Virus record (IMG/VR): IMGVR_UViG_3300021256_000002
Coordinates: 189,297-253,296 of that record
Reading direction: 5' to 3' (one strand)
Origin: a virus
Taxonomy: Duplodnaviria > Caudoviricetes
DNA: 64,000 nucleotides
Shown: positions 10,716-20,752 of the stretch, piece after piece
Position numbering within the stretch: the stretch's first letter is position 1
Layout of the letters: each line of letters begins with the position of its first letter
Translations under genes and position numbers: made by a program
The notes under the pieces: model-generated
Told to the model about the DNA's origin: nothing
What the model saw: the letters and a program-made list of their open reading frames with translations, nothing else
Database searches by the model: none

Positions 10716-10781
10716 AATTTCAAATATATAATATACATAGGATTAGATATCAAAACCATATAAAAAATAGGAGGAGATAAT

Positions 10782-11171
10782 ATGAAACAAATGGCAGGTA
10801 TCATAATCGAAGTTCCAGGTGATTTCAAAGATGTTAGGCTGGTATTATATAAAGATCCAGTCCTAGCTCAGCAGGACTTCACAAAGTATGGTGATAAGTA
10901 TGGGATAAGTGACATCACTCATACAATCGTTGTTCCTAATGAAGTTCTTCTTGGGTATTATCACTTTATTCATGAACCCATCAATGTTAGCGTTCCAGAT
11001 AATGTCACTACAAACGTGATGAAGCTGAACTCTAAAGCAGCAGTTGCATTGTATGATGCATCTCGGATAGCTAGAGATATTAAGGTATATTATAAGTTGG
11101 ATGCAAAATGGCTGAGCTCAGCTGGAACAACTGACTGGAAAGAGAATCCGATGGAAGAAGTTATTAAGTGA
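10782..11171 (+). CDS. Hypothetical protein
   Basis: AGGAGG RBS, early promoter. Confidence 0.8.
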   Translation: MKQMAGIIIEVPGDFKDVRLVLYKDPVLAQQDFTKYGDKYGISDITHTIVVPNEVLLGYYHFIHEPINVSVPDNVTTNVMKLNSKAAVALYDASRIARDIKVYYKLDAKWLSSAGTTDWKENPMEEVIK

Positions 11172-11189
11172 TTAAAGGAGAGGTGTAAA

Positions 11190-12116
11190 ATGAAAATCAA
11201 AAATATGGATATTAATATGGAAGTAGCCAACAAGTTTTTTGAAAACTTAAATAAGAAAGACACTATCAAATTCGTAACCCACCATGGTTTGTTCCATGCC
11301 GATGATGTTTGCTGCGCTGCGATGATCAGTAATTTATATCCCGATAAGAATATCGAAGTCATTCGCACTAGGGAGAATATCGAGGATTTCGATATTATGC
11401 TGGACGTCGGTCGGAGCGACGAGGTAACGGAAACCCAATTACGACTTGACCATCATCAAGACGAAGCTAAAGAAAATACTTATGACAACAAAGTCAGGGC
11501 TTGCGCCTTAGCTAAATTCGCTGAGGTATATTATGGTGATGACGCTCATATGCATCTTCTGAGAAAGAAGCTTCTTTATCCTGTATCAGCAAACGATAAT
11601 GGGCAGGAAATTGAAAATTTACACCCAAGCCCATTTGCTTGGGTGAAATATATGAACCCTAATGGGGTTATTTCTCAGAAGGTATCTGATGGGATGTTCT
11701 GTAAAGCGGTGGAAATCTCAAGAGTGATATTAAAAAAGATAGAAGATAATATCACTTTTACTCTTGAATCTAAACCCATTTGGGATAAAGGTGTTCTAAA
11801 CATGAGTATTGATGGTATTATCGTACTTGAACAGGGCATGCCTTGGATGGAATATCTCTTTGGTAGCGACGTTGAAGACGTTGCAAAATTTGTAATATTC
11901 CCGCATGCAACTCATGGTTGGGTATTGAGAACTATTCCGACCAAAGAAGGTGGGTATGTTGCAAAGTATCCTCTGCCGTACGGCTGGTGGGGTACTACTG
12001 CCCAAGACAACAAATTCGACGGGATGGAGTTCTGCCACAATACCGGATTCATGGCAGTATTCACTACCAAAGAACAAGCGATTGCCGCTGCTGAGTATGT
12101 AATATCTCAGCTCTAA
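11190..12116 (+). CDS. MYG1 (UPF0160) family metal-dependent exonuclease
   Basis: THHGLFHADD, LDVG, DHHQ, NDNG, PLPYGWWG, FCHNTGFMA. Confidence 0.9.
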   Translation: MKIKNMDINMEVANKFFENLNKKDTIKFVTHHGLFHADDVCCAAMISNLYPDKNIEVIRTRENIEDFDIMLDVGRSDEVTETQLRLDHHQDEAKENTYDNKVRACALAKFAEVYYGDDAHMHLLRKKLLYPVSANDNGQEIENLHPSPFAWVKYMNPNGVISQKVSDGMFCKAVEISRVILKKIEDNITFTLESKPIWDKGVLNMSIDGIIVLEQGMPWMEYLFGSDVEDVAKFVIFPHATHGWVLRTIPTKEGGYVAKYPLPYGWWGTTAQDNKFDGMEFCHNTGFMAVFTTKEQAIAAAEYVISQL

Positions 12117-12316
12117 TACGTACTTCGTGACAAAAGAAAGAAGCCAAGCAGCAGGCTTCTTTCTTTTAGATAGAATGATGATGGGATAAAGAATAGTATA
12201 ATGGGATTACTTACTTGTAGGTGAAAACCTAAATAAATGAAAATTTGAATATATATTATATACGTAGACGCAGAAGCAATTCAGCTTCCGTCAGCCATAG
12301 AAAGGAGAGATATACT

Positions 12317-12631
12317 ATGGCAAACGCAACTCTTGGTTACTCCCTACCGGGTAAAAATCCCGCGTACAAGCTGTTCAAGGTAAGCGGGTGGATGCTGGAA
12401 AAGCATGCGCTCGAGTATCTCATGAGCGCTCGGGTCGACTCTAGGCATATGTATTTCCTGCCAGTGTCAGAGACCAAAAATCTCCAGATACCGGCAACGC
12501 CAGTGTCTAAGGAAAAGCCCCTCGACAGCCTGATTCGCTGGGCATCAGGCAACGCGGTAATGTACCGCATCGTTGAGGTGCAACTCAAAGGCGACAACTA
12601 TACTACCGTGACAGTAGTATTCAGAGTGTAA
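12317..12631 (+). CDS. Early small hypothetical protein (monocistronic cassette)
   Basis: Start ATG 12317 behind GAAAGGAG; promoter at 12248; terminator at 12635-12673; GC-richer than flanks. Confidence 0.8.
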   Translation: MANATLGYSLPGKNPAYKLFKVSGWMLEKHALEYLMSARVDSRHMYFLPVSETKNLQIPATPVSKEKPLDSLIRWASGNAVMYRIVEVQLKGDNYTTVTVVFRV

Positions 12632-12735
12632 CCCAAAAAGAAAGCGGACTCTACATCCGCTTTCTTTTCTTTTCAAAACGCAAAGGAAATCCCCCATGGG
12701 ACGTAGTAAAACATCCCATGGGAATTGCTCTAAGG

Positions 12736-14829
12736 TCATTCAAGATTCATCAATTCTCGATGTGCATCATAGTGCCAGTCTTTAGTCTCATTCACTCGCG
12801 AATAAACTCCATTCTCATCCATAATCCAAGAGTTTGCGGTATCTTTCCATAATGCATCAAATATATCTTGAACCTTTGCTTGTGACGTAGCTGTTTCTAC
12901 TTTCACAAGTACCTCAATCCTTTTATAAAGGTTCCTGTCTAATAAATCAGAACTTCCAATCAGCACTGAACTTTGAACGTCGTCATCTGGGTCATCTGGT
13001 ATTAGATCAGTTATAATGATTCGAGAATGCTCTAGGAATTTTCCTACTATGGATTTGATTTTGATGTTTTCCCTACAGTGCACCATTGAACATATTCCTC
13101 TACAGATGAGCTGAACCTCAAACCTATTAGGATATGTATTAGCCAAATTATAAATCGCTTTAATCAGTTCAACGTTATTGAACGAATTAACTTTGATTTT
13201 CAATGTGGCTAAGTTTCCATCATTCGATGAGAGAAACTTCCCAATACGGTCTAGTTCATCCATCAAGCTGGGCAGCATGGTGGAAGGTGAATAACAGACC
13301 TTCGGCATTACCGAATTCCACTGGAATCCTGTAGCAAAGCTAAATACATTTATCAGAGATTCACATGTTTTAACGTCACTTGTGAAGTAACTGATATCAG
13401 TATAAATCTTTGCAGTCTTTTCATTATAGTTTCCAGTACCCACATGAGCATAGTTCTTCAACTTGTTCTTACCCTGTCGAGTAACTATACACACTTTGCA
13501 ATGAGTCTTGAAAGTTTCTAATGAATAACTTACATTACATCCAGCTTCCTTGAGCGTATTAATAAGTTTGATGTTTTGCTTTTCATCAAATCTTGCTAAT
13601 AACTCAAGCATTACATTGACGTGCTTACCATTTCTGGCGGCGTCACATAAAGCCTTTACAATTGGAGACTTTATGCTGCTGACTCTATAAAGAGTCTGCC
13701 TGATGCAGATTACCTTAGGATCTTTAGCAGCCTCTTTCAGAAAGTCTATGACTACATTGAAAGACTGATATGGATGATGAACTACTAAATCAGTATTATC
13801 ATCCAAATAATCCATAATGGAATCTTCATCAGCTAGTTCTATGATCGGCGAAGGAGAAAACTTATACGAATCTCCTTTGAACTTGGGTAATTCTTTCATC
13901 GTATACCCAATATCTACTAGCAACGAATCTGGATAGATGCAAAGATGCTCTTTCTGGACTTTCAAGAGTTTTCTCAAAGTAGTCATCATCTTGTTGGAAT
14001 ATTCCTGACCACCGAGAACTTTAGCACAGTCAATCCAGATAATACGATTATCTTCGCGATTAGTAATAATCTTATTGATTCTCGTAACCAATGAGACACT
14101 ACTATCACGGTCTAACGTCTCATTGCATTGCTTAATGACCTTAAACAGCACGCATCCCTCTACACTATACACGTCTTCAAAGACATGATCAAGATTAGAT
14201 ACAATCATCCTTTCGATAGGTACTTTTACAGTTCCATCCTGAAGTGTATTAACCTTGTATAGTCTATCAAGACTCTTAGGGATTTGAATAAAGCAATGCA
14301 ATTTCTTTTGTGAACTGTCTACCAATTTTACAAATAAATTCAGCTCGTCTGTCCTGAATTTTGGTATATCTTTGTTCGGTCCAACCATGACCGGACAGAT
14401 AGCTGATTTTACCTTAGAGAGAAATATACTCTCTGTTGATGGACCTTGATCACCATTCATGATGACATTGGTCTCACTCCCTAACAAGAGTTGGACCATT
14501 TCAGAAATACTGAACTTTTGAGCCATGATGACTTTTCTAACAAAACTAAGATATCTCTTAAGGTCTTTATTATCATCATCAGCATCATAAGCTTCAACGA
14601 TGTCAGAATATCTGACGGATATGAATTCATTTAGATTGCTTTCAGCAATTGCCAAAAAGTGAAACCGGGAAGGCGCCACACCTTCCCGCATCAATACCGT
14701 CCTGACCCTATCGTTAAAGCTCAACCAGGATAACTCTCTATCAATCAATGGTACACCAAACTTCTTGGTGTTGATGATAGTAGTTTTATCATCTGGTATA
14801 AGATAACCTTCTGATAGAGTAGCCGACAT
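12736..14829 (-). CDS. ppk1: Polyphosphate kinase 1
   Basis: RELSWLSFNDRV, HHPYQSF, QTLYRVS, ELLARFDE, KTHCK (phospho-His), GTGNYNEKTAKIYTD, KFLEHSR, GSSD..RNLYKRIEV. Confidence 0.95.
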   Translation of the reverse strand: MSATLSEGYLIPDDKTTIINTKKFGVPLIDRELSWLSFNDRVRTVLMREGVAPSRFHFLAIAESNLNEFISVRYSDIVEAYDADDDNKDLKRYLSFVRKVIMAQKFSISEMVQLLLGSETNVIMNGDQGPSTESIFLSKVKSAICPVMVGPNKDIPKFRTDELNLFVKLVDSSQKKLHCFIQIPKSLDRLYKVNTLQDGTVKVPIERMIVSNLDHVFEDVYSVEGCVLFKVIKQCNETLDRDSSVSLVTRINKIITNREDNRIIWIDCAKVLGGQEYSNKMMTTLRKLLKVQKEHLCIYPDSLLVDIGYTMKELPKFKGDSYKFSPSPIIELADEDSIMDYLDDNTDLVVHHPYQSFNVVIDFLKEAAKDPKVICIRQTLYRVSSIKSPIVKALCDAARNGKHVNVMLELLARFDEKQNIKLINTLKEAGCNVSYSLETFKTHCKVCIVTRQGKNKLKNYAHVGTGNYNEKTAKIYTDISYFTSDVKTCESLINVFSFATGFQWNSVMPKVCYSPSTMLPSLMDELDRIGKFLSSNDGNLATLKIKVNSFNNVELIKAIYNLANTYPNRFEVQLICRGICSMVHCRENIKIKSIVGKFLEHSRIIITDLIPDDPDDDVQSSVLIGSSDLLDRNLYKRIEVLVKVETATSQAKVQDIFDALWKDTANSWIMDENGVYSRVNETKDWHYDAHRELMNLE

Positions 14830-15213
14830 TTATTTCACCTCAATTTTAACTGAGCTATTACCATCCTTGGCGTCAGGCTTAGCTTCTTTCGGAGCTTTAA
14901 CCTTGCTCGGATTGATAATGAGCTTACTCATCAGAATCGCGACAGCATCAAGCTCAATGAACTTAAGCTTGCCGTCTTCGAAGTACTGCTGACTGGATTC
15001 AGTGCACTTCTTTGCCTTAACCTTAACAATCTGATCTTTGTGCTTCTTCAAGAAGCGTTTGATCTTCTTATCCGGAATATTGCCGTAGGTCGCCTCAGAA
15101 TACAAATCGTTGCAAGCAACCAAAGAGCGTTTCTTTCCTTTGATTACTCGACATATGCCGAGGCCTACCACGTCAAGCTCCACGATTTTGATCTTCTTCT
15201 TTTTCTTACCCAT
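14830..15213 (-). CDS. Lysine-rich hypothetical protein, co-transcribed with ppk1
   Basis: AAGGAGG RBS; stop codon abuts the ppk1 start. Confidence 0.8.
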   Translation of the reverse strand: MGKKKKKIKIVELDVVGLGICRVIKGKKRSLVACNDLYSEATYGNIPDKKIKRFLKKHKDQIVKVKAKKCTESSQQYFEDGKLKFIELDAVAILMSKLIINPSKVKAPKEAKPDAKDGNSSVKIEVK

Positions 15214-15353
15214 TTAAGATTCCTCCTTTAAATATTTTAGATAATGGGTTATTATCAAAGTCCAATCACTTATATTATTATAAGGATTTGACTTCAATAC
15301 GTGTATATAATATATAGCTGAATTTTTTATTAAAAAATTGAAATGACGTAGAG

Positions 15354-15860
15354 TTAGTCCTCTACGTCATCATCATCATTGTGTTTCTTACTAGGGTGTA
15401 TCCTGATAGATGGAATCAACGATGGATTCACATCTGTTGACCTCGGAGAATCATATTCATTCTTCTTTTCAGGCTTATCTATTTCAGTTTTATCCGGATT
15501 TGGTAATTTTGTTAGCAATCCATATAAACTTGTAAATTCGGAAATCAACTTCTTGATACCATCAATCGAACAAAGGTTTTTGAATATTTCAAATCCAAGC
15601 AAACCAAGAGTAAAACTTATAAACACCATAACTGCGTACGATTGTTCTTCTAGATACATTGAGCGTAGTGCTACTGATACTGTACTAGCAGATATCGTAC
15701 TTGATATAACTCGATGAGCTTGGAACATATATCCTCCAACACTGTTAGTATTGAAAATCTCTTTTAGGAGAGAACCGATAAATGTAAATATCAAATAACC
15801 AATAATCTCCATTACAAAGTAAAGATTTAATCCCGCATCCGTGAAGAGAGACGATGTCAT
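15354..15860 (-). CDS. Three-TM membrane protein, holin-like
   Basis: Three hydrophobic segments and a charged C-terminal tail; in a late-promoter operon. Confidence 0.5.
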   Translation of the reverse strand: MTSSLFTDAGLNLYFVMEIIGYLIFTFIGSLLKEIFNTNSVGGYMFQAHRVISSTISASTVSVALRSMYLEEQSYAVMVFISFTLGLLGFEIFKNLCSIDGIKKLISEFTSLYGLLTKLPNPDKTEIDKPEKKNEYDSPRSTDVNPSLIPSIRIHPSKKHNDDDDVED

Positions 15861-15888
15861 TTCGATTGGTCCCTCCTTTCCCTATTAT

Positions 15889-16902
15889 TTATACTTCAAT
15901 TTCTTCTTCGGGTAAAGTTCCTGTAGTATGAATCAAGAATACTAATATAAGAATGATATCAAGTAAAAGCATTGCTACAAAAGCAAACGTATAAAAGTGC
16001 TTGGTCTCATTAATTTGAGCTACCATGTCATTATACAGTTTCTCTTTTGCTTCAACCTGAGTTTCAAACGAATTCTTGATTATATCGTACACATTGAACC
16101 TCTGTACGACGATAATTTTATGAGTCATATTAACCAATCCATCTGAACCAATATCGGTATTACCAAACAAGTCACCGTTATCCGTGATGTATGCTGGGAC
16201 TAAGAAGGTATAATTCTTAAGTCCTTCAAGTCCTTCTCGATAGTATACCTCACGAACTTGGTCCATTGAAGGATACATGATAATCGTATGGTTTTCATAG
16301 GTTGGATAATTTGGCTCATAGAAAACTAGAGCATCTGGATTCTTTTTGAGTATTATAGCCTCTAGAGAATTGAAAGCCAGCGTAGGATTGAAATGAGTAT
16401 TTATCTCATCTTTGATTCCTCTCTGGACTTTATCAAATTTCTCTACATTCATATCAGCGATAATTCCGCTTTTATTCATAACGAAGATATCGTTGTTGTG
16501 GCTATGTATACCGAACAGATACTCACCTTCAATCGAGTTTAAAATGATTTTGATAAACTTTGGAGATGTGTAATTACCAGAATCAAATTCTTCCCTGAGT
16601 TCATTGATATCAGGGTATTCAAGATCAATAGCTCGTACAATATGATTTGATACATCTACAGCACTTGCACGCGCCGTTATGGTAGATATATTGATGATAT
16701 TTTCAACATCCTTCCAGCGATTAGCTTGGAAGGTTTCTGTTGCAGCTTTTAATCTATTATCAAGAGTATCATTCTGGTAATAATAAAGTGCATAATGGAA
16801 TATCGTTATCAGCAGAATCATACCCATTATAACCCACCATGTATTAGGAGACACATGACTCCTAAATATTGATTTAAGTTTCATATAGCTCAGCCCTTTC
16901 AA
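15889..16902 (-). CDS. Membrane protein with N- and C-terminal TM helices flanking a soluble domain
   Basis: WWVIMGMILLITIF and FYTFAFVAMLLLDIILILVFLI. CACA-N6-TAA at 16927-16915. Confidence 0.75.
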   Translation of the reverse strand: MKGLSYMKLKSIFRSHVSPNTWWVIMGMILLITIFHYALYYYQNDTLDNRLKAATETFQANRWKDVENIINISTITARASAVDVSNHIVRAIDLEYPDINELREEFDSGNYTSPKFIKIILNSIEGEYLFGIHSHNNDIFVMNKSGIIADMNVEKFDKVQRGIKDEINTHFNPTLAFNSLEAIILKKNPDALVFYEPNYPTYENHTIIMYPSMDQVREVYYREGLEGLKNYTFLVPAYITDNGDLFGNTDIGSDGLVNMTHKIIVVQRFNVYDIIKNSFETQVEAKEKLYNDMVAQINETKHFYTFAFVAMLLLDIILILVFLIHTTGTLPEEEIEV

Positions 16903-16969
16903 CTGCCTATTGTATTACTCTTTTGTGGATAGAAAGAAAGAAGGGAATACCCTTCTTTCTTTTATTTTC

Positions 16970-17458
16970 TCACAGTACCTCAGTAATCTGACCCCATACA
17001 GTCTGGAGATTCATAACCGGACGACGTTCAGATACAATGAAGTTGTTTATGATAATCATATTGTTATCAAGTCCAAGAGAATCGATGATTTCCTGAGCAT
17101 TCTTATCGGTAATCTTGAACCATAACTTGTTACGACGAAGCTGAGGACGTTCCATGGAAACCACGGCGTAGTCTGTATATAAACCTTTCAGTTCGTCAAA
17201 TACGCTCCATTCCTCCCAATAGCGACCATCGAAATCACCTGTTACATTGTTAGCCAAGCAAGCAATTATGATGACTTCACCCTCATCAGTCACGTATACA
17301 CATTTATCGTCGATATTGTACACTTTAGTCGGGTCGTATGCACAAGGAGCACCAGTCATAGAGCTTATTATTGCCGTACTGGCAATTTTATTGAAAGAGA
17401 AATATTTGCTTTTCTGCTCTTGATTTCTCATATCAACGAGTAACACTGCCTTATTCAT
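16970..17458 (-). CDS. Hypothetical late protein, probably structural
   Basis: AGGAGG RBS; internally repeated segments VVSMERP...LW and IVSERRP...VW. Confidence 0.7.
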   Translation of the reverse strand: MNKAVLLVDMRNQEQKSKYFSFNKIASTAIISSMTGAPCAYDPTKVYNIDDKCVYVTDEGEVIIIACLANNVTGDFDGRYWEEWSVFDELKGLYTDYAVVSMERPQLRRNKLWFKITDKNAQEIIDSLGLDNNMIIINNFIVSERRPVMNLQTVWGQITEVL

Positions 17459-17475
17459 TTTCGTATCCTCCTTTC

Positions 17476-18132
17476 TTAAATCAACCCAAGTAATACATCA
17501 TACAGAACGATTGCATGCTTCAACGGATCAAATTTACTATTCGTCTTAAACGTCAGAGTATTGATACGGAATACATAATCCGTACCATCACCAACCGTTA
17601 CAGCATCCATATCAATTTTGTATGCCTTAGTATTGATTTCATCAAGGTTACCTTCAATGAAGTAGTTCTTCGCAATGCCATTCTTGATGAGACTGAACTG
17701 GATATTCAGAATCAAATCTTCAGGGTTGAGAACGTGCATATCATCTCTAGAGAAGATATCAACATCCAACCCCAACCGGAATGCGATAGCAGGTTTGTTC
17801 CCGAGCTCAACCGGTACTTCGTTAGTCAGAAGATTGTCATCCCCAACAATACCGCTCTGTACATGATTATCGTTGATGAAAATCTTATATACCAAACCAA
17901 GGGTACAATCATCATAGCACCGCTGGCAGAAAGCTTTCAGGTGCTGTTTGCACCTAGCAACGTACTCAGCAGATACGATTTTATTATCCTGGGTATTGAT
18001 AAAGAAGATACCTACGTTTTTATCGGTCATGAGTTCTTCAGGCTGAGCGTAGCCTTTATTACCTATAGATAATGGTGAGATACCAATACCGTACAAGTTC
18101 TTATGTACGTTCATTTCACTCATCATTTTCAC
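17476..18132 (-). CDS. Hypothetical late protein, probably structural
   Basis: 218-aa ORF behind GACA-N6-TAA (18166-18154). Confidence 0.75.
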   Translation of the reverse strand: MKMMSEMNVHKNLYGIGISPLSIGNKGYAQPEELMTDKNVGIFFINTQDNKIVSAEYVARCKQHLKAFCQRCYDDCTLGLVYKIFINDNHVQSGIVGDDNLLTNEVPVELGNKPAIAFRLGLDVDIFSRDDMHVLNPEDLILNIQFSLIKNGIAKNYFIEGNLDEINTKAYKIDMDAVTVGDGTDYVFRINTLTFKTNSKFDPLKHAIVLYDVLLGLI

Positions 18133-18153
18133 CTTCCTTTAGTTTATTCAATA

Positions 18154-18166
18154 TTAGAGGTTTGTC
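18154..18166 (-). promoter_or_regulatory. Late-type promoter motif NACA-N6-TAA (representative copy)
   Basis: Copies on - at 16927, 18166, 26249, 35668, 48980, 61395, 61526; on + at 28187, 47339, 50006. Mostly upstream of virion-type genes. Resembles the AR9 late consensus AACA-N6-TA. Confidence 0.75.
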
Positions 18167-18245
18167 AAAACCTAGAAATCTAATAACTTGAATATATATT
18201 ATATTGGTAGTAAGCAGATTGTATATATAGAAAGGAAGTGTTATT

Positions 18246-18539
18246 ATGCTTACAATTCAAGTCCTAACCAACCGTGATTACTCCAAACGTGATCATATGT
18301 ACTTTGATGTGCAGATAGGGCACATCGAGTACTACGAACCGAGTGGGACATTTACCCTATATGGCAGGGATGCCGCAGGTCTCGACATCTTAGAGACATT
18401 CGATGTCCCGGCAATGTACGCTCCCACTGTACTTGATTCATTCCGCCGGGCCAGCGTTGAGGGTTGGTGTATTAAAGAGTTCAATGACGATGTCCTTGCG
18501 GAAGTCGTCAAAGATGGGATCGGAGCGTTCCCACTCTAA
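18246..18539 (+). CDS. Early small hypothetical protein (monocistronic cassette)
   Basis: Promoter at 18191, GAAAGGAAG RBS, GC-richer. Confidence 0.8.
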   Translation: MLTIQVLTNRDYSKRDHMYFDVQIGHIEYYEPSGTFTLYGRDAAGLDILETFDVPAMYAPTVLDSFRRASVEGWCIKEFNDDVLAEVVKDGIGAFPL

Positions 18540-18694
18540 ATCGCTCCATCCAAAAAAAAATCCAATAGAAAGGGGTTGATCCAAATGGGTGAAACTCAGA
18601 CTATTGGATGGTGCGAATAATAGCAAAATGTTTATGGGGCGGCTTGACGAATGGTCTTGTCGCCCCGTTTACTGCACCTTATTTATTTTTTCTT

Positions 18695-20662
18695 TTATAA
18701 GTTCAATACATTGCTCATACGAATAACGGTTGACTTTGTCTTCATTGGAACTCCTCCAAGACTAACTAATACAGGATTGAACTTAGCTATATTATCATGA
18801 GCTATCGAATCTGTATCTGCAAGTGTAGTTATCCAATCTGGCACTCTACCAATGTTCTGAGGAATACCAATAACAGCTAATCCATATCTAGAAATCAAAG
18901 GCTCTTTGTTATTGAATATCTTATCTATAATAGTATTATAGATTTTATCAGGAATCTTACCTTTGAATGTTTCTAAAGTCTTTAATTTCTCGGTCTTTAA
19001 CTTAACCAACAGAATTTTCTCTGGTAGCTGAATTTCCATATCAGGAACCAAGAGATTCCAAGCATTGACTGCTTTGATACCTTGCTCAGACCATGGGTCT
19101 TTATACGCACCCACATCCTTGACAGATTTGATTGGTAGATATTCAGTCTCACCATTCTCAACAGATTCGATGATTGTATTCTCAAACCATTTCAGTTTTC
19201 TCAATACAACAGCAAGATTGATTTGCTCTGCATTTACGATATCTTTATCAATCAATTCATCAAAGAATTCTTTTACCTTATCAGATGTTTCTGCCTTAGC
19301 AAAATCAAGTCCATGAACATCAATCTTTGGAGGATTGATTACCTTTCCTTCTTGCAATTTCATCTTGGTAATATAACGCTTCTTGGTATTCGTTGCAATA
19401 AACAACGGATAATAGAATTCATTCTTCAAATCCAGCCATTCATGATATTCATCTGGGATATTGCAATCACATGCCAATCTTTCGAGGAATACAACCGACC
19501 ATTGTTTCATGAGATACGATACAATATTCACCATGATATAGTCAAGTTCTTCCTCAGACTCAGCAGCAACTTTCTTCGCTACCAAATTATCAATGAACAT
19601 CTGAATTATCCCATAGATAGTCAAGATAGTCGAATCTGTATCCTGAGCTACAATAATTTTTCGTTTATCATACTTATCTCGTTCAATACGATTTCGTATC
19701 GTGTAGTTATGACAAACGAACTCTTCACAATATTCCCATAAGAGTTTCAAATCATCCTTTATTTCCTCAGGCGGTTTGTTCGGATCGATGAAACTCTTCG
19801 TCTTATTAATTAGCTTCTTAGCTAACTTATTCACAACTGGAATATACAGGAAGAATGCTAAGATGTTATTCTTAAAATACAGCTTATGAAGGTCAACATC
19901 TGAAAGATTACTCAGAATTCTCTTAATCATCTCATGGTTGACTTTATCTTCATACTTAAACGAATTGATTATCCAATTATAAGTTTCTTCATAGATATTA
20001 TCTATCTTAGGAAGTAACTTAAGATCTGGATAATCTGCTTCTTTGGTTACTCTGTATATAAACAACACGCATTCATCCATATCGTTGAATTTCGCATTAT
20101 TGCCGAATGCTTGTTCAAATGAAGTTTCTGCTGTACTAATCAACGCTTGACCAGTACCCGTTACAGACGCTCCAGTATATTTGTTATAGAATACCGAAGC
20201 CTTCATTAAGTTAACACCATAATATGAATTCATCAAAGCTTTTACGTTCGTTTGTCCTACGTTTCTCTGACGAGCTTCATATGAATCCTTACCCTTAGTC
20301 TTAACAAACTCGAGCATCTCTCCTTTAAGAACTTTTCTTTTCTTCTTAAGGTTAGATAGCATTTTTGCATCTGGATTATATACATCATGATGATTTGCAT
20401 ATAATACACCATGACCTGCCATAATAGGTTTTCTATCATGAATGTAATCCATAATGTTAGCCAATGAAGATTTAGCTTCTTGATTTCGATGATTGTTATG
20501 GACTACACATTTATGGTCTTTAAACGTTTCTTGGAATTTTTTATCCAAGTATTTTTCAATCTGTTTTGTTGTCAAATCTGGTCTAACTAATCTAAGTTTA
20601 CCAGTCATTTCTTCTTTCCACTTTTTCATAATTTGCGGTTCATTTTTTGGCATTTTCATCAA
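18695..20662 (-). CDS. Family B DNA polymerase, C-terminal subunit (motifs B and C, thumb)
   Basis: Motif B KALMNSYYG, VTGTGQ, motif C QDTDS, KKRY, HGLD. Confidence 0.92.
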   Translation of the reverse strand: MMKMPKNEPQIMKKWKEEMTGKLRLVRPDLTTKQIEKYLDKKFQETFKDHKCVVHNNHRNQEAKSSLANIMDYIHDRKPIMAGHGVLYANHHDVYNPDAKMLSNLKKKRKVLKGEMLEFVKTKGKDSYEARQRNVGQTNVKALMNSYYGVNLMKASVFYNKYTGASVTGTGQALISTAETSFEQAFGNNAKFNDMDECVLFIYRVTKEADYPDLKLLPKIDNIYEETYNWIINSFKYEDKVNHEMIKRILSNLSDVDLHKLYFKNNILAFFLYIPVVNKLAKKLINKTKSFIDPNKPPEEIKDDLKLLWEYCEEFVCHNYTIRNRIERDKYDKRKIIVAQDTDSTILTIYGIIQMFIDNLVAKKVAAESEEELDYIMVNIVSYLMKQWSVVFLERLACDCNIPDEYHEWLDLKNEFYYPLFIATNTKKRYITKMKLQEGKVINPPKIDVHGLDFAKAETSDKVKEFFDELIDKDIVNAEQINLAVVLRKLKWFENTIIESVENGETEYLPIKSVKDVGAYKDPWSEQGIKAVNAWNLLVPDMEIQLPEKILLVKLKTEKLKTLETFKGKIPDKIYNTIIDKIFNNKEPLISRYGLAVIGIPQNIGRVPDWITTLADTDSIAHDNIAKFNPVLVSLGGVPMKTKSTVIRMSNVLNL

Positions 20663-20752
20663 CTCCTTGTGTATATAATATCTATTTGAATGTGGTTTTG
20701 AAAATTTGAGAATATGGGTAAATATGAGAGAACGTGAGTTCTCTCATATAAT

